A DNA stretch of 63,664 bases, the filler included, from Reticulomyxa filosa (Eukaryota; Protista; Foraminifera), in assembly GCA_000512085.1 (NCBI GenBank). It is 23 parts of 23 records of this genome, joined end to end, with 100 filler letters (N's around TTAATTAATTAA, not from the genome) between each part and the next. Parts side by side here need not be neighbours in the genome. Positions count along the whole stretch, not along the records: positions 45,568 to 49,307 come from ASPP01016802.1; positions 49,408 to 50,999 come from ASPP01036063.1; positions 51,100 to 55,015 come from ASPP01017252.1; positions 55,116 to 57,749 come from ASPP01002866.1; positions 57,850 to 60,178 come from ASPP01018096.1; positions 60,279 to 61,565 come from ASPP01002039.1; positions 61,666 to 63,664 come from ASPP01003571.1; 16 more parts are not named here. One strand, given 5' to 3'. The position numbers and the translations under genes are program-made. The notes beneath the pieces are model-generated. The model was not told the DNA's origin, ran no database searches, and saw only the letters and a program-made list of their open reading frames with translations. This document shows, piece by piece, positions 49,286-63,572 of the stretch. Positions within the stretch are counted from its first letter, which is position 1. Each line of letters opens with the position of its first letter.

Positions 49286-50160
49286 TTTTTTTTTTTTTTT
49301 TTTTTTTNNNNNNNNNNNNNNNNNNNNNNNNNNNNNNNNNNNNNNNNNNNNTTAATTAATTAANNNNNNNNNNNNNNNNNNNNNNNNNNNNNNNNNNNNN
49401 NNNNNNNTCAATTATTTATATCAAATGTAAATAATAAACAATGCTTTTACACCAATTACTGGTTAATGCCAATTTTCGTTTTTTTCAAGTGTTGTGATTT
49501 GATGTTAAGTGATGTGTTAATACTTTATTTCTCCCTCTCTATCTTCTCTGTTGATATAAGATAATATCTCACATTTGATCAATACAAAACAAAATAGACA
49601 AGTGAATAAATATTATTTCTTTTCCAATACAAGATGGTTGCTGATATAAACAGAATGAGGCGCAAATATGGATGCAGACGATGGTGCAGAAAGAGAGCCA
49701 GACAGTGGAGATGCAAAATGTGTTCGACTGTTTTTCTGTGACTGAAATAATGTTATTATTTCGTATATTTAATTTGCGACCGTTTCCTGCGCCTTCAAGA
49801 CTTGCAAGAAAAACACTTCATATATATGTAGTAGTGTGTCTTAGTCTGAATACCTTATGTTTTGTTTTCTTGTGTTGTCTGTCTTTTGTTGGGTTGGTGA
49901 CAGTTTGTTTTTTCCTTTTCAAACGTTGCTCCAGCTTTTTAAAAAGAAATTCTTTGTTCTTCTACCAGCACAGTTATCGGAGAATTTTTGACAAAGTCTT
50001 TTTTGTTTTAAAATAAAGATATCAAAAAATGCATATAACTTAATTGTTTAAAATAGACAAAACACATCACACAATGTGAAATGCTCATGCAATTAAATTT
50101 TTTAAAAAAAAAAGAGAACAAAGGGGGAAAAAAGATATCAAAAAAAAAGGATAATATAGC

Positions 50161-50886
50161 ATGGACGAGATAAAAGATAATGTGCCGAAGCAATATCGTC
50201 GAATGTCCTATGATTCGGGCAAAATCACAATGTCACGCCAAGGAACGCGACGCCGAGGGGAGGGTGCCATCATTAACAGACGAGGAGAGGAACGAGTTGG
50301 TGAAGACATCGGCAGACTTGAAGCGTTTGGAGTTGCGACTGGAGGAGGCATTGGACCAAAGGAACCAAGCGACGGAAGTGATAAAGAACCTAGCCAAGGA
50401 GAACGAGAAGATGAAAATGGAGAAACGAGGAATTGAAGTCGATAGTGCAAATGAAGGAGCACGACTTGAAGCTTCTGACCAAAGACAATGCTTTATTGAA
50501 CGAGTTGTACGAAGAGGAGAAGATTAAATATGAAGCAGAGTTACTTACATTGGAGAAATTGAAACAAGAGATGGTCGAAAAGGAGGTCGAGTTTGAGCTG
50601 CACACACACGTGAACAAGAGATATTTGGTCGAGCTTCGAAAAAGTCCGGAAGAAATGGTAGAGAATGAAGAGGACAAACGGTTATAAAAAGTTGCATGAA
50701 GAAAGATAACGTAGAAAAGAGTTGAAAGAGCAATTGGATAAATGTATTAAATAAGTCGGAAAAACGAAAGAAGAATTGAACTCGCAGCAGTTGGATGACG
50801 CCACAGCGATCACGCAGTCAGTGCACAATGAAATAGTGAGCGCACTTGGAGCAAGAGAAGCAAGAACCTCGTCAAGCAAGCATTAA
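50161..50886 (+). CDS. Coiled-coil protein, frame-broken
   Basis: Heptad-rich segments distributed over overlapping ORFs 50180 and 50433. Confidence 0.4.
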
Positions 50887-51099
50887 CGAAATAGCAATGT
50901 TGCAAAAGAGTGCCACCACGCCACATGGCACCCAGCACTTATGAATCGTTTTTCGACAGAACATGTTCGCCTGATCCACCTCAAAATCTTCTTTCTCCTN
51001 NNNNNNNNNNNNNNNNNNNNNNNNNNNNNNNNNNNNNNNNNNNTTAATTAATTAANNNNNNNNNNNNNNNNNNNNNNNNNNNNNNNNNNNNNNNNNNNN

Positions 51100-51718
51100 T
51101 ATATATATTGCTCATAACTTCGTCGACTGCTTCTTCCTTGATCCCTTTCGGCAAAGGCTGCATTCAAGTTGGCTTGCAAGGCTGCCAATTCCGAACTTAG
51201 CTTTGTCAAATGCCGTAACAAGGAGTCATGACTGCGGACGGGGGACGACGTATACCGTTCTTTGAGTTGCTCCAAGCTATTTTGCAGCAATTCGCTGTTT
51301 GTTTGCGCTCTCTTGATATATCCGGCAACCATTTTGTTCAATTCCAGCTCGGTGGTGTACTCTTGTCGTAACTTTTGATTGGTCAAATTCAGAGTCAGTT
51401 TTTGGTTTTCCACCGATTCCAATTTTTTTTGCAACATATCTATCGTTTCGTTCAATTTGCGTTTACTCACTTGCCAAATTGACAGCATGTCTTCTGTTTG
51501 CTTGTCGGTCTCTTTGGTCGGATCAGATACAGTTAGATCGATTGTCGGATATGATTGTGCGGGTTTATTCAACTTGTTGTTCAGTTCTGCTTCGCTCAAT
51601 TTAGCCTTCAGTGTCGCGACTTCTTCGCGTAGTAATTTATTGCTTCGTTGGAGTACCTTTTTTTGTAATTGATTGTTCGTTATTCATTTTTGATATACAC
51701 AGAATACAAATATATGTA

Positions 51719-51755
<37 letters not shown>

Positions 51756-53026
51756 TAGATAGATATGTACACAATATTATTGTTATATAATAATATATAA
51801 CAATATAACAATATATCAAATATACTTATGCATGTTTGTAATACCTCATATTTTGCTACTTTTTGTGCATGAGCAAGAGAAGAATGCGATGATTTTTTAT
51901 CTTCTTCTGTGGTGTCTATCGAAGAACCTTTGGTTGATCCATAACCAAGGGATTGCAAGGACTGTCCTTGACTGTGCTTTTTAATGTGCTCTTTCAAACT
52001 TGTGTTTTTCTCTCGCATCTTTTGCAGCTCTCTCTCCAATTCCCCAATACTGTGCTTATTCAGCTCCAAAGTTTTTAGTAACTCCCCACTCGTTTCTTCA
52101 TCACTTTGTATTTGCTTGTCTTTGGTTTCAACTTCCATCTCCAAAGTCGCAATTTTTTTTAACAGTTCTTCTTTTTCTTCCTTCCATTCTTTTTTATTTA
52201 TTTATTTGTTTGTTTATTTATTTTCATTCGCAATGTTTTGTTATTTGAAAATTGAATATTGTATTCTCATTTAAAATATAACAGTGAAGTTACAACAGTA
52301 AAAGTCAATGAGGAAAAAAATCACACTCTGATGGAAAGCACGTAAACAAATATATCAATACAAATCAAACAAAATCAAAGCAAACCTGTGGCTGCGACGG
52401 AGCTAACTACTCGCGGAGTGGGCTCCGAGAGAATTCCTGAAGGACTTTGAAAAGTCTCTTCGGGCTTCTTTCTCATGTCGTCATCGCAACTGTTCGTATT
52501 GGCATCGGTGAGTCTCGTCTCGGGGGTTTGCAATTCTTTTTGCGATGTGATCATATCCCGTTTCTCTTCCTCCACCTCATTGTCCTCATTTTGTGTCGTC
52601 TTGGTGTTTCCATTTGTGTTATCATTTGTATTTGTATTGACACTATTATTGGGATTGGGGTTTGTGTTTGTATTTGTATTTGTATTTGTATTTATATTTA
52701 TATTTGCGTGTTCGTTGCTATTGTCATTGTCTGTGCCTGTATCTATTTCCATTTCCATGTCTATCTCATCCTTTGCCAAACATGATTCTTCCCCTTCTTT
52801 TCCGTGTTGTTGTTCCTGTTCTTGTTCTTGTTCCTGTGATTGCAATTGTCGGTACTGCCCTTGCTGCTGTTCTTGTGTCTGTCCTTGGGTTTGTTCTTCG
52901 TTTTGTTCGATCGGTGATTTTATTTCAGTCGCAATATTTTCGTTATTGACATTACTGCTATTACTGTTATTGTTATTGTCATTATCGTTATCATTACCAT
53001 TATTATTATCATTATTATTATTGTTA

Positions 53027-53060
<34 letters not shown>

Positions 53061-54069
53061 CATTATTATTATCATTACTGTTATTATTAATATCGTCTTC
53101 CGATGCATTTTCTTCTTCTGCTGCTGCTCCTGCTTCATGCTCTTCTTCGTCGTCTTCGTCTTCTTCATCATCGTCATCATCGTCATCATCATCATCATCT
53201 TCTTCATCATTATCATTATCATTTTCTCGTTCTTGTGCTTCGATGTGACTATTTTCATCCTCTTCATTTCCAAGACCCGGTGGCTTGTGTATGTATGTAT
53301 GTGTGTGTGTGTGTGTGTGTTGTTTTTTTTTTAATATAGTGTTATGTAATGTCATCTTTTTTTTCCGTTTGTTTGCAATTGTGACTGAAATGATCATTAA
53401 TTGCTCACAATCGATATTCTAAACTAGTTCGTCGTCCAAATTTGGATAGCGATAGCGCACCCAATAAGAACTTCGTCCGACTTCTTTCGACATAATTTGA
53501 GACTGTCCGTTACTGTTTTCCACTCGCCATTGCAATTTCAGCCACTCCTCCTGATTATGATGATCTCCACCGTCCGGGGTATGTGCACGAATTCCTACTA
53601 TCTCCGCTTCAAACCATCGCTTGTGTGTGTTACTCCAACATTCTACATTCGTACCCACGTCCCAATTACCTCGGATTGGTGCCTGCAATTTTTTTTGTTT
53701 GTTTGTTTTTTTTTTTTTTTTTTGGTTTATTTGCTATTTATTGTTTCCATTGTTCCCTCACTCATCCATCTTCTAGTAAACTTAATTGTTTTTATTTGGC
53801 TTTTCAAAAAAAAAAAAAAAAAAAGACGTGTCCCCTTTAACTCCAGGAATTGAACGAAGGTATTCAGAAGCAGGATCCAACAGCTTTGTTTTCATTTGAT
53901 GTCCGACCCAATATCGTACATCCAAACAAGGACCCTCTTCGTCCACACTCATGCAAAAGACTTCTCCAGGCCGCCACTGCTCCAGTCCCACACTATATAC
54001 TTTCACTGGCTCACCACGACGCCATTTTCCACAACGTCCATTTGATTTTGGATACATCAGATCCTCCAT
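51100..54069 (-). CDS. Large multi-exon protein: two Tudor/Agenet-like barrels, an acidic/Asn low-complexity region and coiled coil; 3' truncated
   Basis: WRRGEPVKVYSVGLEQWRPGEV...LDVRY and WDVGTNVECWSNTHKRWFEAEIV...WLKLQW are homologous units; downstream co-oriented exons have intron-like spacers. Confidence 0.55.
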
Positions 54070-56210
54070 AGAAAGATTTTATACGCGTTTTCCACTATCA
54101 AAAATGTCTAATTTGATACGTTCAATCTAAAAAATTTTATTCGTTTTTTTTGTTTGTTCCTTTGTTTCCAGGTTTTAGAAAACTCATTTTTGTGACAACC
54201 ATATCTGTCTCCAAAAAAATTTTTTGGGAATAGTCAGACAATCACTTTTAAGATTTTGTCAGTTTGTTTTTTAACAAATTAGGTTCTTTTTTCACTTTTT
54301 ATCTACATTTTTAAAAACAGGTGTTTGTAATTTGAAAATATTTATGAAAAAAAAATTGATTAAAACTTATGTTTAAAAGGAAGTTATCACTTGCACACTC
54401 CTAAAAAAGGCGACCGCAGATAAACAGATCACCATGTTTTTTCCCCCAATAAAAACAAAATGGTTGAAGTTGGGAAGAGATAGTAGAAAATGAAAAAAGG
54501 AGCAAATACCCTGGAAAGAGCTGCCATTTATTGTCCACAAGAAATATTTTCTTCAAACGAACAAAAAAAAAAAAAGCAAAACAAAGTAATAATAAAAAAA
54601 AATTGCACACATCCGTGATCTTTCACTGGAAGAAAAATGATAAATACCAAGAACTGTTCAGGAACAAAGGTCCAGACAAAAAACTCGTCAAGACGAATCC
54701 ACAAAGCGCTAAGTTATTTGTTGATATTGATATAGTTTTATCGAGAATTTAAGTTTGGGAGAAAACAAACGAAGGGATAAAGTCTTAACCTGATAGCTTT
54801 CCAACATATCCGCAAAATAGGCACTCTCTTGCTCAAATCGATTTCTGAAAATTTCGCCATACTTATTAAATATCCAAACAGCGCCAGCCTTCACGTAAGG
54901 CAGGACAGCTTGTGTTTTCAAAGGTTTTTCTTTGCGGTTTAGAAACTGTTTACATTGAGAGTATATTAACATTACTAGTGATATCATACATTTGTGTATT
55001 TTTTTTTTTTTTTTTNNNNNNNNNNNNNNNNNNNNNNNNNNNNNNNNNNNNNNNNNNNNTTAATTAATTAANNNNNNNNNNNNNNNNNNNNNNNNNNNNN
55101 NNNNNNNNNNNNNNNTGGCATTTTATGTGCTAACTTTCTTTTTTGTCTTACTGTATTTGTTAATGTTGTGATATTAACATCAATAATATAAAATCTAATT
55201 GAAAATTATTTGTGCTTACAATAATCTTCGAATTAGTGATTTGTGTTAGTTGGTGTTATTATTTATTGTACAATTTATTATATATCTTGTCTCTATGTAG
55301 TGAATAAGTTTTGTGATAATAACACTTCATGTTGACTATGTTGTGTTCGTATTGTATGTATTGTTAGAAATACACAATGAACTAATGCAATGTCAAATAC
55401 GTGCAGTTACAGTGGCATCGTGCTATTACATCATATAGCACATTATTGTTGTATATTCTTTTTTTTGAATATTTTTTTTGTGTTATACGTTTATTTTATT
55501 CAAAAAAAACATATAAAATATAAATTACATAAGTCAGTGAACAATGGATAATATCATTCATTTGGTTGCGCAAGCGAAATGAACAATTAAGTATTTTTGT
55601 GTTTATATATTTTTTATTTACTTGTGTAACATCAAGCTAATGTGTATGAAATATTTGAATAGAAATTACTGTAATGTTGTGACAAAGAATAAATTGAACG
55701 TGTAATTATGTACTACCTTTTGTCCTTGTTATTGTCAATGATTTTATTTGTCGTTAATTTGTAGCATTGATTCTGTGGACAAAACAAATTGTCTGCTTAA
55801 TGATTTAATGAAACGAAGGCAACAGATGAAATTCCTTGGAAACTATCGTTTGTGAAGGAAGGACAAGAAAACAACGAGAAAAAAAGCTTGTTTTTTAAGA
55901 TTAAAAAGTTATACATTTGCTAATTTTTTAAGTTCATTTATGAAATAAACTTCTCAAAGTTCAATATGTTTTGCATATGCAATTATTTGTCACTATTAAA
56001 AGCTATGTAGATGTTTGTTCATTATTTAAAATAATCATTGTTTGTAAACTTCTATTTTATTGATAGTCTGTGAGAAAAAAAAAGTGCTGGTCTGATTTTG
56101 CAAGAGTAAAAATATTGTGAAAAATAACTAATTAAAAGTGTCATCAAGTTACATTGAAAACTTTTCAGCAAGATAGCATAGTACAACGGAAATTATTTAA
56201 CACCAATATG

Positions 56211-57724
56211 CTAGTCCTCTTCTTTTTCTAGTGATTCTTTCCAGTTCGAGCCATAATAGCCAAAGTAATAGAAGTCCATATCAGTCAGAGGAGGATCTGT
56301 TATTGTTTCGGTCAAGGTTCCACAGTTACTCAATGCATAGCAAGTGGGATCACAAGTACTTTGATTCCAATTTTGTGGAGTGCAAGTGCAGTTAGGGTAC
56401 TGTGGATATTTAGTCTTGGAGTTTGGATCACAACATGACATGTATTCTTTTTGGTTGCGTCCCAACAAAATCTCGTTTGTCACTGGTATATATCGATTCA
56501 TTTCTTGCGTGTACTGGTTTTCAAAATAAGTATGTAAATTAGGATAGCGAGCATCGTTGGGCCAAATTGGATGTCGTTCACTTGGATCCCATTGCACATT
56601 AAACAATAAAGGTGGATCATGAAATGTCGGACAAGTTTCATTATAATCTTTGGTAACCCAGTGCATTTTGTAAGCACCACAGCGAATTGCATACAAACCA
56701 GGACACCTTGAATAAGATCCTGCACATGCTTTACCGTCACAAGAAGTGCCATTACCAGGCGTTCCGCCATAAATATACAAGCATTGGTGTTTCGACTGAC
56801 CATGATCAAACAAAATCGGACTCATGTCCTCTCCATCAATAATTCGATCAGTAGGAATTGGGGCACCTGCAATTGTCAAGATAGTTGTGAAAATGTCATA
56901 TGTCGCCGTCAATTCAAACGATCGACTTCCCGGAGTTATTCGATCGGGCCAACGTGCCAATGCAGGCATACGAATCCCACCTGGCGGTTCAAAAGTGTTG
57001 ATGCAAATGTGAGCTTGCAATCCAAAAAACGAACAATGAGCAGAAAAGGACATGCCTAACCTTCCCAAGTCGTCGTTTTTCCCGATCGGAACAATCCTGC
57101 ACTTCCTCCAGCCAAATTTTGATTTAACCAGGGACCTTGCATTCAAAAAAAAAAAAAAAAAAAATTTGTATATATTTGCTGTACATGCATATCCAAGCAA
57201 GATTAAAAAAAAAAAAGGGGGGAGAGTTACCATTGTCACTGGTGAAAAATGTCAAGGTGTTGTCATCAACACCATTTTCTTTCAAACTCTGCATAATGAT
57301 ACCAATGGCATTGTCCATCTCTTCTATGGCATCGCCAAATCTTTTTTTTTTTAATTGTTTTTTTTCAGTAACAGGGCGCACAAAAAAAAAAAAACTCTCT
57401 CTTGCAAATGTTTTAAACACAACCTACATTAAAATTTCACATATTTTGTACGTAAAGAGAAAAATAATTGTTACATTACCTTCCTCGAATAGAAGTATTG
57501 CAAAATTGCTCGGACACAAAGTCAGGCGTGTGGACATGGCTGAAGGGAACGTATAACAAAAAGGGTTCGTTTCGAGCACTGCAATTTGCTATAAATTGCG
57601 ACGCTTTTTGTGCATATCTCTTGGTGATAGTTGTCAAATCAGCAGGCTGCTCAATGATCGTTGCATTGTCAAAAAGTGGCAATACTGGCTCACTATACTC
57701 GTTTGCTCCAAGCCAAGGGGTGCC
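56211..57724 (-). CDS. Arylsulfatase (S1 sulfatase, ARSA/GALNS-like), C-terminal portion
   Basis: PFLLYVPFSHVHTP, FGDAIEEMDNAIG, NTLTFFTSDNG, GGIRMPALARWP, IDGEDMSPIL, HDPPLLFNV..DPSE. Confidence 0.9.
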
Positions 57725-60700
57725 TTTTTTTTTTTTTTTTTTTTTTTTTNNNNNNNNNNNNNNNNNNNNNNNNNNNNNNNNNNNNNNNNNNNNTTAATTA
57801 ATTAANNNNNNNNNNNNNNNNNNNNNNNNNNNNNNNNNNNNNNNNNNNNTTTTTTAAATGAATTTTTGATGAGTATGGTAATGTGTATAATGCTTATTAC
57901 AAAACAAAGGCTGATGAATGGTTACACTTACTAATGAATAATACATTCTAAGGTCTTTAGGCAAAGCACTTAGTTTGTTAAAAGTTTAGTCAATTGATAA
58001 TATACGTCGTAATGCACATAAACGCAGTTGCTAGAAGGCAAGGAAAAAAATGACATCACACATAAGTGCAACTTGCTGTTGTAGCATTATTTGCTCTCTG
58101 ACGAATAGTATTGTAATCACTCCAGTTACAGTACTTGTAATAGTAATTATTTTAGTTTTGAATGTCTCCACGACTCAATAAACTATTTTGAAGACTAAAT
58201 TTTGTTTTTATGTAGCTGTCAAACGGTGTACTAAATTCTTTAATCATTTCACATTGTCCCATTAGATTTGAAAAAAGGTTGCCAATGCAATAATTTTGAT
58301 TATTTATATATTTTTATAAACAGCTTCACTGCAAAGTATTAAAGCAATTGAATCAACAATTGTATATCAACATAATGGAACGCGTTTTTCTATAGGCCAC
58401 AAGTTTAAATGTTTTTAAAAATTGTTTAGCAAAAATTTTTCTTTTTCGATTTTTTATTAAAGATTATTAATTAAATACATTATCAAATATAGAATATGTC
58501 ATGACGAATTGCATAAGTAAATGGAAACTATGCAAACTGATTTTACTTTTTATTTTGATCGCCTTTATAATTTTGTTTTAGAAATAGTTTCAAATATTTC
58601 AATTTTTCAAAAAAATTATGCTTGATTTAAAAAAGACTGAGAATTCCTTAAATCAAAAACTGATTGCCTTATTAATGTTATGGAATTCTACATCATTTAG
58701 AAAACTTTTTGTAAGAGTTATGAAAATGTACAATAAATGTGAAATGCTTGCTTTGTTGTACAAATTTATGTTTATTTTCTAATTGAAATTATTATCATTA
58801 TTCAATGTTGAAATAGACCAAACAACGGCAGTGTGAACCTTTTTAGGTGCGGCAATTTCAAAAAATAGCAAACAATCTAGTTGAACTACACTGTTCTAAA
58901 CACAAACATATGAGTCAGCAGTTACTGCATTTTTTCCTTGTCAATCGATTTTAAAAAAGCAAAGTTATGTGAACGCACAAATATTTGAACCAAGGTTTGT
59001 CTAGTTTTTGTGAAATGGTTTTTGAAAAAACATTTCTTTTACCAAATTGCACAACAATAATTAACAATAAAACGGAAAATACACTTGGTTTTCTTTTTTT
59101 AAAAAAGTAATTTCTATTTCAAAAGTTTTGTTTAGTACAAACAAAGTATATCTCAAAAAGGGAAAGAACGCATTACATTAACAAATGTTTTTTTCTTTAA
59201 ATTAATTGGTTCATACATAAACGCACAAGACTTACATTTTTTTATTAGTCTCATGCACACAATATCAATTTTCAGCCCTTTCGCATGGGAATAAAATAAA
59301 AACAGTAATAAATTTTTCCAAAATTTGTTTGGTATTATTCAGGCAAAATTTTCTAACAATATCAAATTATAATTACTCTTTCTATCAAGGAAAGTCTTTT
59401 TTAAATTAAAGTGGAAAAAAGAAAAGTTAGCTTTTCCTTGAAATTTCACGAATTTATTGCTTGTATGATCACAACTTATTTCACATTGACGTTTTATATA
59501 CCACAATTACAAGTCCTCTTTCAACGACTCCATTTTAGCGTTTTCTTTTCTGTTTTGAATGACACTCTTTTATAACTTGTCCTTAGTATATTATTTTTTT
59601 TTCTAACATTTTGTGATCGTTTTCAGCTTTCTCGAGGCTAACGCATTTTCGTCACTCTTTTCGTAAATGCATACCTTTAAGAATTGCTACTGTAAAATAT
59701 CCAAATAATTGCCTGTCAAACGCTTCATCTTTTTTTCCAACTTGAGCAAATTTTTTTTAGTCAGTTTCAGTTCATGTTCGCTGTCTTTCACATTAATCAA
59801 ACGCCATGAATACATCTTTCATATTCCCCGTTAATAAAACATTATCGCAAAACTCATCGTAACTTTCCGTCTTTCGATTATATTTACCATCATATACACA
59901 AAAATGCGAATTCAACTCATTGAGACTTTCATTCACTTTATTGAATAAAAAACAGCATCTGCACACTTATGCAACTCAACAGTATCAAAATTTATTGCTG
60001 AAATTATAACCATACAACTTATAGTTGCTTGCAAAATTCAAAGCAGAAATACTAGATCCGTTTAAACTAAATCTTGGATCTTGAGCTATTTTTTGATATT
60101 TTATATATTAACTCGTATTATGATAAAGTTTACACGATACAGTTGATATTTCAAAAGATACACCAAAAACACACTTTTNNNNNNNNNNNNNNNNNNNNNN
60201 NNNNNNNNNNNNNNNNNNNNNNTTAATTAATTAANNNNNNNNNNNNNNNNNNNNNNNNNNNNNNNNNNNNNNNNNNNNAATTTCCGTTCCAACAATTTTT
60301 TGACAAGTTATTTATCAAACTCTCTGTTTTCCCTGTTGTTGTACTTCGAACTCAAGTGTCCATTTACTTTGAACGCAGTTATGAAAAAATTACATTGTCC
60401 GTAACAGGCCTGTGTAAGTTAGCCTCTTGGAGTATTACTATTATAAATTCTGTAGATTATTCATTTTTTTATTATTAAAAAAAGATTCGTTATATCAATA
60501 AGGAATAGTGCGAAAAAAAAGGGTTTTTGCAAATGGAGTAAAAAAATTGTATGTATGTACATGTATTTTTTCGTTTCATAGTTTGTGGTCTTTGTGATAG
60601 CAAGAGTAAAAATTTGGAATGATCAATTGCAAAATTTTTTAAAATTTCGTCACGTTTTTTTTTTTTCTTATCATTATCCTTCTCTTACCCAACACTTCAA

Positions 60701-60769
60701 AAAAAAACAAAACAACAGTAAATGGTCAAATACGTTGGTTTTAAGATTGTCTAATCTTTGCTTCCGTTT

Positions 60770-61565
60770 TCATTTTTTGGACTTTGTAGAATCTTTGTCC
60801 TTTTCTTTGCTTCTGGTGACAATGTCTTCGGTTTTTCGAACAACATTTTCCCCGACATATTTGTTTGCATTGTCTCGTTCCCTGTCGGACATGGAGTATG
60901 TGCTTGCGCTGTTTTCTCTCTCTCTGTTTCTATTTTTGTTTCTAGCTCTGTCTCTGTCTCTGTCTCTATCTCTCTCTCGTTCTTTGTCTTTGTGATGTTT
61001 GCTTTGCCTGGATTTGGAGTCATGAGGACGAGGTCTTTGTTTTCTTTTATATCTCCGATGCGTTTTCGATTTGGATCTTGATTTGCTTCTCGCTTTGCGA
61101 TTTTTGTCACGATGTTTGTCCCGAGTTCTGTCTTTGTCCCTATCTCGATCTCGATCCCTGTCTCTGTCTCTATCTCTGCTTCTACTCCTGCTTTCGCTAC
61201 TGTGACTTAGATGATGTCCCTCCTCTCTGTTGTGGTCTTTATTTCGATTTCTGACAATGAAATTGATCCACTTGTCAGCATCAGGTTGCATTAATTGATT
61301 ATTCAGCAATCCTTGGATTTTTGCACGCTCCATTTCTCTCTCTCGTTGCTGTTCTCTCTCTCTCTCTCGCTCCTCAGCTTCGATCAGCAATATATTGCCA
61401 GGGATTATACCATGTCCCCCTGGGCCAGTTGCTGCTCCTATTCCCATTCCTCCCATCACTCCTGGACCTGGGCCTGGTCCTGTCCCTGCACTGGCTCCAG
61501 TTCCAGATGTGCCTCCAATTCCTAATCCAAATCCTGGTCCAAGACCTGCTCCTGCTCCTGCTCCT
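60770..61565 (-). CDS. C-terminus of a Gly/Pro-rich, RS/RD-dipeptide-rich protein (splicing-factor-like composition)
   Basis: GAGAG/PGPG tract, then SRSRSRDRDRDRD repeats to a stop at 60770. Confidence 0.55.
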
Positions 61566-61665
61566 NNNNNNNNNNNNNNNNNNNNNNNNNNNNNNNNNNN
61601 NNNNNNNNNTTAATTAATTAANNNNNNNNNNNNNNNNNNNNNNNNNNNNNNNNNNNNNNNNNNNN

Positions 61666-61706
<41 letters not shown>

Positions 61707-61717
61707 CTACAAAACAG

Positions 61718-62031
61718 GTCCAGTGGCCCGATTTCTATTCCTATCTTGCCACTTGGCAGAAAACAAAGAAAAAGGACCCGACTCGAAACAAACGACTGAT
61801 GACAAAATCAAAGAACGTGTGTTCCAATTACAATTCCAAACTGACATGACCGATGCCAAACGCTCCGTCAAAGAGTCATTTGGAAAAGTTCTGGTTGACC
61901 ATCACAAAGGCTGGGACGCCAACAACCGCGAACAGTGCGTTGATTTGCTAGACTTAATGTTACAATATGACCCTGCTCAGCGCATTACCCCTGGGGATGC
62001 ACTGAAACACCCCTTTTTTGAAAGAAATTAG
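61718..62031 (+). CDS. Protein kinase C-terminal exon (CMGC-like, subdomain XI)
   Basis: CVDLLDLMLQYDPAQRITPGDALKHPFF, preceded by an (AAT)n intron and a CAG acceptor. Confidence 0.8.
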
Positions 62032-62877
62032 GTGAGGCAAAGCCACCTGATGATATCTTATTTAAAAAAGTCATCAACTACAAAAAAGATGAACAAAACA
62101 GATTTCCTGAACGAACATTCGCAGGTCAGAAACGGAGAGAACCTGCCAGGAAATAACTTTGAGAGTGTAGATGGGCTTGTAGAAAGGAGCATGGTGAACA
62201 AATTTTTTTTTTTTTTTTTGAACTGCAACGGAAAGATAAATTTATTTGATTGTCCAGTTGGACATCCCTTTTGCATTGTTGAACTTTGTCATGTGGGGAG
62301 GGAAAGGGGAAACGCTGACAAAAAATCATAAAAAAAAAACACTCATCTTTTATTGAGGAAGATCGTTGTGTTTGGATTGCTCAATTAAAAAAAACTTTCT
62401 AATTCTATCGTTGTTCAATATTTCATTGTCTTCTCCTGTCCTGCGTTTTTGTTCACTCAATTAATAATAAATCATAATTTGATCCAGCAAATTCTGTTAT
62501 TGTCCCATAAAAAGAGACAGCTTTCACAATTGTTGGGGATTACCTATACTTTTGGTCATCTAGTCGAAACTCGATTATTGGCAATGCCCTAATTTAAATC
62601 AAAAAGTTGAAAAAAGTGTAAATACTTAATTTCTCATCAAAAGCTTCCGTTGAGATAACTCTCACAAGACTTCAATTAAAGTGTCATGTGGTGAGTGCCA
62701 AAGAAAGTACAGAATATCAAATTCTTCACACTTGATGCCCAACCCAAAAAAAAGCTGAGATATCGAACAAATAAAATTTTTTCTTGGAAATGAAGGTTAG
62801 TTTTTTTTTATTTCATGACAGGCCTTTTTTGACACAGTCAAAAGTATACCAAACATGTAAAAAAAACACCACAATCT

Positions 62878-63572
62878 TTAGCTTTCTGCAGTTTTGCTCT
62901 CATTTTGAGAATCATTTTGAGGACCATTTTGGGAATCATTTTGAGGACCATTTTGGGTATCATTTTGAGGATCATTTTGAGAAGTGTTTGGGGCATCTTG
63001 TGCATCAAACATAAAATCCTGATTCATGTCAGGCACTCCTGTTTCATCCACCTGAAAGTGTTGCGCTTCCGATTTAAGAACATCTTCAGTTACCGCTTCT
63101 TTGGCCTCCTCTTTAATTTCTTCTTTTTCAATTTTGGCCTGTTTTTCCGAGGGATGGATGTCAGTCATATTCAGGGAAGTTGCAAGTCTTGAAACAGCAT
63201 TGATCAAATACAGTCCCAAATCTCCCGATTTTTTGACATTTTCCAATCCCTGTGCATCTGCTTTTTCAAACACTGCCAACAAGTTGTTGGCCAATGTCCA
63301 CTCGGGGGTTTTTCCATGGACCGCATATTTCTCCTATTTTTTTTTTTTTTTTGGCAATTGAATCAATGTGTGGTCTCCCTTGCACACATACACATAGAAA
63401 GTGACAACAACATAACTGAAGTTTCATTAAATACGCGTTGAGCTTCTTTTACATTTTTCAAATAAAGGTGAATGATCATAATTGAGCAAATATTACGATG
63501 GATACGTTTGATGAATTGAGTGATATCGTAATCATATTGTTTTATTTGTCGCTCCAAGAACTTTATAGCACC
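62878..63572 (-). CDS. Probable gamma-SNAP (NSF attachment protein) C-terminal exons
   Basis: SIMIIHLYLKNVKEAQRVF, TPEWTLANNLLAVFEKADAQGL and YLINAVSRLATSL resemble the gamma-SNAP C-terminal helices, followed by an acidic tail. Confidence 0.5.
62897..62982 (-). repeat. Coding 12-bp tandem repeat (QNDP/QNDT/QNGP/QNDS)
   Basis: CATTTTG(A/G)G(A/G)... repeated about 7 times; translates as QNDPQNDTQNGPQNDSQNGPQNDSQNES. Confidence 0.85.

Noticed and set aside
57850-60178. Possible decayed gene or ncRNA in a long AT-rich contig
   Set aside because: No ORF of 60 aa or more, and no recognisable motif or convincing structure.
4799-61665. Regularly recurring TTAATTAATTAA palindrome as a biological repeat or CRISPR-like array
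   Set aside because: Always embedded in 44+44 N; it is an artificial six-frame-stop linker.
60770-62031. RS-rich region plus kinase as one SR-kinase/PRP4-like gene
   Set aside because: Opposite strands, each with its own stop codon, and on different contigs.
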